The notes under the pieces are model-generated. The model was not told the origin of the DNA. It was given only the letters and a program-made list of their open reading frames with translations, and searched no databases. A DNA stretch of 32,000 nt from an uncultured archaeon (GTDB taxonomy: Archaea > Asgardarchaeota > Lokiarchaeia > Sigyniarchaeales > Promethearchaeaceae), in contig CAYRPF010000028.1 in NCBI GenBank assembly GCA_964426185.1, positions 3,194 to 35,193 of the forward strand. Direction: 5' to 3'. Positions 1 to 7,413 of the stretch are shown piece by piece (the stretch's first letter is position 1; each line of letters begins with the position of its first letter). Position numbers and translations under genes: made by a program.

Positions 1-982
1 ATCGGGTGATATTAGGTTCAGGAACCGCATACCTTTTCATTAACTTGGTTATCCAAGAATTTTTATTAATGCTTGAAACAGAATAAGGAGGATTTCCAAT
101 TACTACAATGGGAATACCATTGGAATTCCTTTGGCTCTTTTGAGAGAAAATTTGTGCATTTTCATGATCTAAAGCCGTATAAAATCGGACTTCTAAATTA
201 GATTCAATTTTTTGAGCAACTACGGGGGGAAAGCAGTATTTTAACAGTAGTAGACCAATAAAAAAGGAAGATGGGTTAATTTCATTTCCAAAAATGGGAG
301 ATTTCCGTGGAAATGGAAGAATCTCTTCGGTTTGATTTTTGTATTTTTCTAGATAATGCGCTAGAAGACCTATTTCAAATGTCAATGGCCCTACTGCAGG
401 ATCATAAAAATCATAATTTTCATCCAAAATGCCGTTACTCAAATGAAAATCTTTAATGAGAATATTATTTACAGCATTTATCATAAAACGGGTTATTATT
501 GCGGGGGTAAAAATCATTCCATCTTGCGCTTGCTTCTTTTTATTAAATTCTTGGACGAAAGGGTTATAATATTCTATCAATATCTCATTAAATCTTTCTA
601 AGGAAGAATATTGGTTAAATCTCTTGTTTATTGATTCACAAGTTTTTTGCGTGCTTTCTCGATGAATTATATTAGAGAATTCGACATATTTATTAATGAG
701 ATGCATCCATTCATTTTTTTTTGCAATATCTATAAATAAAGAAACAAAATTAATTGCTTTTTTCCAATTCAAATGAAAGTATTTTTGTAAAATGATAATT
801 GTGGGAATTAAATGCGCATATATTTGCCTAATTTCCTTTTTTGAAATTTTATCTTGCGCGATTTCACAAAAGAGAAATATCTCTCTTAGCCTTAACTCGA
901 TTTCGTGAGGGGATTGGTTATAAATTTCTTGAAAAATCGAATGCGCAAAATCTACTGCCGCTTTCAATAATTTTTGATTCAT
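1..982 (-). CDS. N6-adenine DNA methyltransferase, type ISP/IIG-like; partial, runs off the left edge; absent from the ORF track
   Basis: My translation from ATG at 982 (MNQKLLKAAVDF...) is open to position 1. It contains GMIFTP, ILIKDFHLSNGILD, YDPAVGPLTF (motif I variant), FGNEINP and IVVIGNPPYSVSSINKNSWI (motif IV). Confidence 0.85.
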   Translation of the reverse strand, partial: MNQKLLKAAVDFAHSIFQEIYNQSPHEIELRLREIFLFCEIAQDKISKKEIRQIYAHLIPTIIILQKYFHLNWKKAINFVSLFIDIAKKNEWMHLINKYVEFSNIIHRESTQKTCESINKRFNQYSSLERFNEILIEYYNPFVQEFNKKKQAQDGMIFTPAIITRFMINAVNNILIKDFHLSNGILDENYDFYDPAVGPLTFEIGLLAHYLEKYKNQTEEILPFPRKSPIFGNEINPSSFFIGLLLLKYCFPPVVAQKIESNLEVRFYTALDHENAQIFSQKSQRNSNGIPIVVIGNPPYSVSSINKNSWITKLMKRYAVPEPNITR

Positions 983-1017
983 TATTCGAAATTAATTATA
1001 AGTATGAAATGAAAAAA

Positions 1018-1269
1018 TTAATTTCCACCTGCTTGAGTGGCCATTACAGTTATGATATCCGCTTTTGGATTCAAACCGATCTTAGAAAATTTAATATCAT
1101 CTGCTAAGACTTTTCCCTTAAAGATGAATTGAATTGCTAAAATTGGATTTAGCTTGTATTCTTTCTGCACAACTTTCTTAATCTCACCAACAGTCTTACT
1201 TTGGTCCACTTCTATCAATTTAATTGCTTGATCAGGTGGAACACCCGTTAATCTGAAGCGTAATTTCAT
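1018..1269 (-). CDS. Eukaryote-like ubiquitin-family protein with C-terminal GG plus one extra residue (GGN)
   Basis: 83 aa. KTVGEIKKVV matches ubiquitin DTIENVKAKI, QFIFKGKVL matches RLIFAGKQL, and the protein ends QAGGN. Confidence 0.85.
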   Translation of the reverse strand: MKLRFRLTGVPPDQAIKLIEVDQSKTVGEIKKVVQKEYKLNPILAIQFIFKGKVLADDIKFSKIGLNPKADIITVMATQAGGN

Positions 1270-1324
1270 AATTAAATACTTGCGTTTCGTAACTTAAATT
1301 ATTTTGCTTCGACTTCTCATTTTA

Positions 1325-1346
1325 TATTACTAAAGCATTAGTAATA
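1325..1346. promoter_or_regulatory. Perfect 9-4-9 inverted repeat in the divergent ubiquitin/mutL intergenic region; candidate operator
   Basis: TATTACTAA-AGCA-TTAGTAATA. Confidence 0.45.
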
Positions 1347-1401
1347 GAGTTGAAAAATTGCTGTTCTTAATAGATTATTAGATGGATAGAGGTGGATTAA
1401 A

Positions 1402-3438
1402 ATTAGAATTAAATTAATTGAAGACTATCAAAAAATTGCTGCAGGTGAAGTTATCGAACGACCCGCTTCAGTTGTCAAAGAGTTAATTGAAAACGCAATT
1501 GATGCCGGAGCTACCAAAATTTCTATCATTCTAAAAGATGCAGGTAAAACGTTGATTCAGATTATCGATAATGGATGCGGTATCGACCCAGAAGATTTGG
1601 AGATTGCATTTCAACGTCATACTTCTTCTAAAATCACCTCTGCTGATGAATTAGATGCCATCAATACTCTAGGTTTTCGGGGAGAAGCATTAGCCAGCAT
1701 TGCAGCGGTATCTCAGATTGAAATTACTTCTCGTACTGCAGAAAAAGAAAATGGGATGAGATTACAGATAGAAGGTGGAAAGGTCATATCAAAAGCACCT
1801 TGTGGGGCTCCAATCGGAACTGATCTGAAAGTTCAAAATCTTTTCTTCAATTTACCCGTCCGTCAGAAATTTTTACGTTCTAATCGAGTTGAAATAGGAC
1901 ATATAACGGATATTATTACTCGATATGCCTTGGCGTATCCATTAATTCATTTTGCTCTAAAACATAACAATCTTTCAATATTAAATTCTCCTGATTGGCG
2001 CGGCCAAATAGATCATGTAATTAATAACAATAAGATTGATATTTCCACAAATTCTTCAAAGTTAACCGAAATTTATGGATTTACCGTGCAAACAATTTAT
2101 GGAAAGAAAATTAGTACTCACCTTCTTCCTATAGATGTTGGGGGCGAAGATTTTCGTATCTTTGGATTTGTAGGTCAACCAGATATCGGCCGCTCGGAAA
2201 AAAATGCGTCTTCACTTTTTGTAAACCATCGCTATGTAATCAGTAAAGAATTTTTCGCCATCATGCAGGATATCTATAGGGATTATCTAATGAGACACAA
2301 ATACCCGTTTTTTATCCTATTTCTGGAAATAGCTCCCAATAAAATCGATTGTAACGTCCATCCAACCAAGAAGAAAATTAAGTTTCTGAATGCTTCTCAT
2401 TTTTTCGCTGAAATTCAGCAAGCTCTTAGTAAACCCATAAAAAATTCGATCTTAATGGCATCTCAAAGAAACAATCTTGGTGAATCTGCTAACGTCCAAT
2501 CTTTTGACACAGTCATGGATTACTGGACTCCATCTTCTCGCACTTCTAACCCATCTAACTCATCTAACTCATCTAATCCATCCATTTCATCTCAAATCTC
2601 TCACACATCTTTATCCAAACATGATTCTTCAATTCGGGTTGAATCGTCTCATCAACACCATTTAACGAATCCCAAGCAAACTCACCTTCTCCCTACTCCA
2701 AAAAAAATACAAAAACCCAGAATTAAGAGCCCCTCTTCAAAATACAATAAATTCAAGCCACAATTTTCACATGAATTATCTTCTACTTCTACTTCTCTTG
2801 AAAATCAATCAATTTCGGAATCACCATATATTCTAGTGAAAAATCTGCCCCCTTTATTTAAGCTAAACGCTGGAATTCAAGCAGGAAATAATTATCTGGT
2901 ATTTCAAAATGAAGAAGGTCTTATTTTAATTGATCAACATGCAGCACATGAGCGTATTAATTACGAGCGGGTGCAACAATGGCAGAAATTGGATCAAGTA
3001 CCAATTCAAAGGCTTATTTTACCTATTCAATTAGAAGTTGCACCCAATGAAGTCGAATTTGTTAAAGACGCTGCACATGAGTTGAAATCTTATGGGTTTG
3101 AGTTGGATCATTTTGGTAGCAAAACTTTCTTGCTTAGAACCGTACCGGCAATTTTACAGCCGAAACACATGGATTCTCAATTAATAGTGGATATATGTTT
3201 GGAAATCATCAAAATGGGGCGGGAAAAATCCTTTTCTGACATTAAACGAGATATTTTTCAATATATCGGCTGTCATCAGAGTATTAGAGCTGGAGATGAA
3301 ATCTGGAGTGAGTCTCAAATTAAAAAAATCATCAAAGATCTGGATGCTTGTGAAAATCCCCATCACTGTGCTCATGGAAGACCCACTTATATCAAAATTT
3401 CATATAAGAATATTGATAAATGGTTCCATCGCACATGA
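1402..3438 (+). CDS. mutL: DNA mismatch repair endonuclease MutL; true start lies upstream of the ORF-track TTG, probably ATT at 1402
   Basis: The in-frame region upstream of 1552 encodes KIAAGEVIERPASVVKELIENAIDAGA. The protein also has GFRGEAL, the DQHAAHERINYE endonuclease motif, QRLILP and CAHGRP. Confidence 0.95.
   Translation: MRIKLIEDYQKIAAGEVIERPASVVKELIENAIDAGATKISIILKDAGKTLIQIIDNGCGIDPEDLEIAFQRHTSSKITSADELDAINTLGFRGEALASIAAVSQIEITSRTAEKENGMRLQIEGGKVISKAPCGAPIGTDLKVQNLFFNLPVRQKFLRSNRVEIGHITDIITRYALAYPLIHFALKHNNLSILNSPDWRGQIDHVINNNKIDISTNSSKLTEIYGFTVQTIYGKKISTHLLPIDVGGEDFRIFGFVGQPDIGRSEKNASSLFVNHRYVISKEFFAIMQDIYRDYLMRHKYPFFILFLEIAPNKIDCNVHPTKKKIKFLNASHFFAEIQQALSKPIKNSILMASQRNNLGESANVQSFDTVMDYWTPSSRTSNPSNSSNSSNPSISSQISHTSLSKHDSSIRVESSHQHHLTNPKQTHLLPTPKKIQKPRIKSPSSKYNKFKPQFSHELSSTSTSLENQSISESPYILVKNLPPLFKLNAGIQAGNNYLVFQNEEGLILIDQHAAHERINYERVQQWQKLDQVPIQRLILPIQLEVAPNEVEFVKDAAHELKSYGFELDHFGSKTFLLRTVPAILQPKHMDSQLIVDICLEIIKMGREKSFSDIKRDIFQYIGCHQSIRAGDEIWSESQIKKIIKDLDACENPHHCAHGRPTYIKISYKNIDKWFHRT
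2545..2589 (+). repeat. 9-bp tandem repeat in the MutL linker (4 near-perfect units plus 1 degenerate unit)
   Basis: TCTAACCCA TCTAACTCA TCTAACTCA TCTAATCCA TCCATTTCA, encoding SNP-SNS-SNS-SNP-SIS. Confidence 0.8.
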
Positions 3439-3452
3439 TTAAATGTAATTCA

Positions 3453-3475
3453 CTCCTTGTGCCCAAGCAAAGGAG
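3453..3475. terminator. Stem-loop between convergent mutL and EF-1beta genes; possible terminator or RNA stability element
   Basis: CTCCTT-G-TGC-CCAA-GCA-AAGGAG forms a 9-bp stem with one bulge, and an A/T tract lies nearby. Confidence 0.4.
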
Positions 3476-3498
3476 CGTAAAATTGTAAAAAAAATAAT

Positions 3499-3798
3499 TT
3501 AGGAAATAATGGAAACCATGGTGCATTCTGATCTTTGAATTTCATCTAAGGACGAAATTGCATCTTCCAGTGGTTGGGTTCCACCCTCACGTTCTTTCAA
3601 TAAAATTCGCGCAATTATTTTTTTTGCACCAAACGCAATAGGTTCAATCTTAAATGTTTCGACCATTCCACCTTCTTTTTCAACAATGGGTTTGACAACA
3701 TTTTCCATTAGTTCTTCTAATCCTTCAAAATCTTCAGGAATTATATCAAAAATTCCCAATAATGTCTTTGGGCCTTTCTTTTTTTTTTCGTCAGCCAT
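3499..3798 (-). CDS. ef1b: Archaeal translation elongation factor 1-beta
   Basis: EPIAFGAKKI motif and typical size. An AGGTGA SD at 3804-3809 favours ATG 3798. It lies downstream of its usual Zn-finger partner. Confidence 0.9.
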   Translation of the reverse strand: MADEKKKKGPKTLLGIFDIIPEDFEGLEELMENVVKPIVEKEGGMVETFKIEPIAFGAKKIIARILLKEREGGTQPLEDAISSLDEIQRSECTMVSIIS

Positions 3799-3814
3799 TA
3801 TATTCACCTATTAT

Positions 3815-3988
3815 TTAAGGTCCTTCAAATCCGCATTTAGGACATTTATATGCTCGTGCAAAGCGACGGCATCGTTCACAGCGCCATAACATGACGTCTC
3901 CACAGTTGGGGCAAATAAAGTGGACCGCATTTTCGTTTGGCTGGATCATTTTACCACAAGATGTGCACGACTCTTGATTATAACTCAT
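3815..3988 (-). CDS. Small Zn-finger protein (DUF1610/HVO_2753-like), 57 aa; below the ORF-track cutoff
   Basis: [57 protein letters not shown] has four CxxC motifs and a GFEGP end. Its position directly upstream of EF-1beta is the usual archaeal arrangement. Confidence 0.92.
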   Translation of the reverse strand: MSYNQESCTSCGKMIQPNENAVHFICPNCGDVMLWRCERCRRFARAYKCPKCGFEGP

Positions 3989-4199
3989 TGTAAATATACC
4001 TCAAAAAGGCTACTTCTTGGTTAATTAATGCGGAGATTCTAAATTAATTTTATGGTATAATAAATAAGAAATTCTACTGAGAAAGGAATACGATTATATT
4101 AGGTCCAAGCGATTACTTTTTCACCGAATTATATCTATTTACTATGAGGTAATATTTTCAATAAATTGAGTTTTTTCTATTACAGATTGTGATTTTTAA

Positions 4200-4898
4200 T
4201 CATTTCAACATAAAATCCAGAGTGCTCTCGACATGCAATTTGGTTGTGTTGAAAATAGGGATAGAAACATCTTCTTGGTGAATTAATAGTGGAATTTCGG
4301 TGCAACCTAAAATAACTCCCTCAGCACCTTTGTGATGGAGGTTGTTTATAATGGTTTTGAATGCTTGACGTGATTCTGGGCGAATTTTTCCGAAAGAAAG
4401 TTCCTTAAATATCACCTTATTTATCTCATCGCGCTCCGATTGTGAAGGAATTATCGTTTCTATTTGAAATTTATCCAAAAGTCGCTCTTTGAGGAACTCT
4501 TCTTCCATTGATATTTTTGTTCCTATCAATCCAACCTTATTGATACCGAGTTCCTGAATTTTTAATGCAGTGGCATCGATTATATGAAGAATTGGAATTG
4601 TAAAACTCGTTAATGCCTCCATTGCGGGAACTATTTTATGAATTGTGTTGGTGCAGATAAGTAACGCTTCTGCCCCTATATCCTGCAAGTCAATGGCGAT
4701 TTTCGTAAGAATTTGAGTGATTTTTCTCCAACTATTTTCTTCCATTAACTTGAAAATTTCGTCGAAATCTACTGAATAGAGAATTAAATGGGCGGAATGA
4801 TATCCTCCTAATCTTGTTGCAATTCCTTCATTTAATAAGCGGTAATATTCAAGCGTTGATTCCCAAGTCATTCCGCCAATTAATCCAATTTTTTTCAT
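4200..4898 (-). CDS. PLP-independent Asp/Glu racemase family protein (YgeA/RacX-like)
   Basis: IGLIGGMTWESTLEYY, ICTNTIH and ILGCTEIPLL motifs. Confidence 0.92.
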   Translation of the reverse strand: MKKIGLIGGMTWESTLEYYRLLNEGIATRLGGYHSAHLILYSVDFDEIFKLMEENSWRKITQILTKIAIDLQDIGAEALLICTNTIHKIVPAMEALTSFTIPILHIIDATALKIQELGINKVGLIGTKISMEEEFLKERLLDKFQIETIIPSQSERDEINKVIFKELSFGKIRPESRQAFKTIINNLHHKGAEGVILGCTEIPLLIHQEDVSIPIFNTTKLHVESTLDFMLK

Positions 4899-4959
4899 AT
4901 TATAATTGATTATCTATGAAGAATATAAAATTTTAGCTTTGTGAGCGGAGGGGTTGTTT

Positions 4960-6339
4960 TCATTCTTCTTCTTCTCGATTTGCCGAGGTATACTCTATTT
5001 CAGGATAATATTTCACCGAGATTACTCCCGGAAAAGTTTCTATTTTCTTAGTTATCATAAAAAGTCTTGCTACAGATCGAAATGCTGCATGAAATATTAT
5101 TCCAACGCGCCCAAAAGTTAGATACACTTCACTAATCTCTCGGAAACCATGAACATATTTCAAAAATGGTTCAATTTCGGAATTTTTTATCCTAATTTGG
5201 AACAAAATTAATCGGTAGTTGGCACTTTCGTGCAAGTATCGAATAATAATTGAAATAATAAGAAAAATCGAGGTGATAATAACATAATTGAGCGAAATTG
5301 GTTCTAACCAAATGAAAATTCCGATATATAGACCTACCAAAGGCTGAAGCACTGTTAATACGCTATTCCAAGAATCAAAACCTAATTCATGTTTTGGCCA
5401 ATTTCCCGAGGCGAAGACTTGGATCATGTAGGGGATAAGAGTACAGAATACAGCTATGGAGAGAATTGCGGGATTTATTAGAAAATTTGGCAGTTTTTTT
5501 AAATCTTCAAATATAAATCTATGAGCTTCGGTGCCAGCAACGGTTGAATGGTCAGTAATACCTATTATCAACATTAGAATCAAAAATATAAGAGATCCCA
5601 ACAAATGGATTCCAAACAATTTATAAAAAGAACGTATTAGTCCCAGATCTTTTCTAATTTCTTGAGAAATATCTTTTGAGATTTTGGAAGTTGGAATTAA
5701 TTGAACTCTATATAAGGAATCTTGACTAATATAGACAGAATATAATATAAATGCAAAAGTTGTCAGAATTAGGATGAGAAATCCAAAAAATGTCAAATTG
5801 GCCTCTGAAGTTGATTCATAACTGAGCGTAATCGAAATTATTCCCGCTGTGAGTAAAAATAAATAAATTAACTTAAATCCATCCATTTCTTCAACTCGTC
5901 TTGTCCAGTTTTGAACTGTAATAAAGAGGATTGGGAGTGCATTTACAATTATCGTGCTCATAATGACCCCAACAAGCTGAAAACTTAAGTAATAAAAGGG
6001 AACAACAATGCCTACTAATAAAAAACCAAGAAATGCTAAATAGAAAATCTGTGGCTTCCCACGTAAGAAAAATTTGTTTTTTCTAAAAAAATAGGATTTT
6101 AACGATGTTATAATTAAAAAACCGAGTTTTGGAGGGGAATTTTCCATACTTTTCTTACGTAGAGTGAGAAAAATGCGTCCCCAAAGAAAAATTAAAATCA
6201 TGAATTCAAAAATTGCAGCAACGATGAAACGACTGAAGCCTATGGTGAAAGGGCTAATACCTGGAATGAATTTGATAAATAAAGGGCCTAACCCGATAAA
6301 CAAATTTCCCAAGATTAATAAAAATAAGAATAAATTCAT
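4960..6339 (-). CDS. DMT/EamA-family transporter with a C-terminal Lrp/AsnC-like ligand-binding (RAM) domain
   Basis: About 10 hydrophobic segments with EamA-like motifs (ISPFTIGFSRF; LQPLVGLYIGIFIWLEPI). The last ~80 aa (EVYLTFGRVGII...IETFPGVISVK) follow the RAM pattern. Alternative start GTG 6348. Confidence 0.7.
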   Translation of the reverse strand: MNLFLFLLILGNLFIGLGPLFIKFIPGISPFTIGFSRFIVAAIFEFMILIFLWGRIFLTLRKKSMENSPPKLGFLIITSLKSYFFRKNKFFLRGKPQIFYLAFLGFLLVGIVVPFYYLSFQLVGVIMSTIIVNALPILFITVQNWTRRVEEMDGFKLIYLFLLTAGIISITLSYESTSEANLTFFGFLILILTTFAFILYSVYISQDSLYRVQLIPTSKISKDISQEIRKDLGLIRSFYKLFGIHLLGSLIFLILMLIIGITDHSTVAGTEAHRFIFEDLKKLPNFLINPAILSIAVFCTLIPYMIQVFASGNWPKHELGFDSWNSVLTVLQPLVGLYIGIFIWLEPISLNYVIITSIFLIISIIIRYLHESANYRLILFQIRIKNSEIEPFLKYVHGFREISEVYLTFGRVGIIFHAAFRSVARLFMITKKIETFPGVISVKYYPEIEYTSANREEEE

Positions 6340-6409
6340 AATTTTCACTTATATATTGAAAGATTTTTTCGTTTTTTTTGAATTTTAAGGCATTTTACCC
6401 TAAATATAA

Positions 6410-6661
6410 TCATTTAAGGGAAAATTTCTTGATAACTACTTGTGTGTAAGTTTCTTGGATTCCAGGCAAATTATCTAAATGTTGGTGATAGAATTCATAA
6501 ATATCTTCAGTATCTTCCCCTTCAATTTCAATCATTCCATTATAATCTCCTGTTAATCGATAATAAGCCTTAATTTGGGGACATTTTAATAAATAGTCCT
6601 TTACCTTCTCTCGCTCATTTCGTTCGATTTGGAGAAAACAAAAAGCTGTCAGTTTTTTCAT
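6410..6661 (-). CDS. Stand-alone Lrp/AsnC ligand-binding (RAM) domain protein without an HTH
   Basis: YYRLTGDYNGMIEI...LDNLPGIQETYTQVV, about 83 aa. Confidence 0.85.
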   Translation of the reverse strand: MKKLTAFCFLQIERNEREKVKDYLLKCPQIKAYYRLTGDYNGMIEIEGEDTEDIYEFYHQHLDNLPGIQETYTQVVIKKFSLK

Positions 6662-6712
6662 AATTTCACACAAAAAAAAGCAATCAAAACCAATAAAAAT
6701 TTGTATTATTCG

Positions 6713-7219
6713 TTAAGTCGAATCATTTCGGTGTTTTCGGGGAGGTTGATGTTTATCTAAAAATTTTTTTAGATTTGAATCCAATTGGCTCCTTAAATCA
6801 GAATCATAAAATGCAGATAGTTCTTCTTGGGCTTTTGGATAAAATTTCTTACTTAAGAGTTCTTCCTTGCGTTCATAGTATTCTATTAAAAGAGTAATAT
6901 TTTCATCAATAACATCTGCTGTGGTTGATTCAGATTCTAAAATCCGTAGTATTTTCATTAACAAATCTAAAAAATGATATGAATAACCCAGAGCTGCTTT
7001 TTGTACTGCTTTTTTTGTTTTACTGCTGCTCGAATAATTTATTTGATTGTATTTTTGCAATACTTTGTTAAGAATTCTATTATATTCTCCTATTGCAGGG
7101 ATGATTAATTCATGCAATCGATTTCGCGCAGTCAACTCCTTCTCTGATTCATCTTCACATTTCTGGTAATTTTTAGAAAATTTTGTGATCTTTTGTTCTA
7201 AAAGATGTAGCGCTTTCAC
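6713..7219 (-). CDS. Hypothetical alpha-helical protein
   Basis: 168-aa open frame of charged, helical character, co-oriented with its neighbours; no motif recognised. Confidence 0.7.
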   Translation of the reverse strand: MKALHLLEQKITKFSKNYQKCEDESEKELTARNRLHELIIPAIGEYNRILNKVLQKYNQINYSSSSKTKKAVQKAALGYSYHFLDLLMKILRILESESTTADVIDENITLLIEYYERKEELLSKKFYPKAQEELSAFYDSDLRSQLDSNLKKFLDKHQPPRKHRNDST

Positions 7220-7413
7220 GATTAATATTCTCTAGAGAGCTTGTAAATAAATTGTTTGTTTTTTTCAAATATTTGTTAGCTTCCATCAAGTACTTTATTT
7301 TCATACCATACTGAGAAAAGATCGTCATATTACCTTGAATTATATCAACCGAGCAATTTTTGTCAAGTGGTTATTAAAGTTACATTGATAAATTGTTATA
7401 GTGATTGTGGCTC

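Noticed and set aside
841-1107. 88-aa plus-strand ORF in the track
   Set aside because: It is antisense to both the methylase (start 982) and the ubiquitin gene and has no motif, so it is a shadow ORF.
1351-1389. Read-through of the TAG at 1387 (pyrrolysine-like) to supply the mutL start
   Set aside because: There is no in-frame start codon between the preceding stop and this TAG, and MutL similarity begins downstream of it.
2477-2665. Alternate-frame ORF with LTHLTHLTH periodicity
   Set aside because: It is the 9-bp mutL linker repeat read in another frame.
3438-3498. Hairpin after the mutL TGA considered as a SECIS element
   Set aside because: MutL ends at its normal position (FHRT), and the hairpin is too short and lacks recognisable SECIS motifs.
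3686-3889. 67-aa plus-strand ORF
   Set aside because: It is antisense to EF-1beta and the Zn-finger gene, both of which are well supported.
3990-4199. 210-bp intergenic gap checked for a tRNA, ncRNA or small ORF
   Set aside because: It is AT-rich with no cloverleaf, stable stem or SD-led ORF that I could see; probably promoter and terminator DNA.
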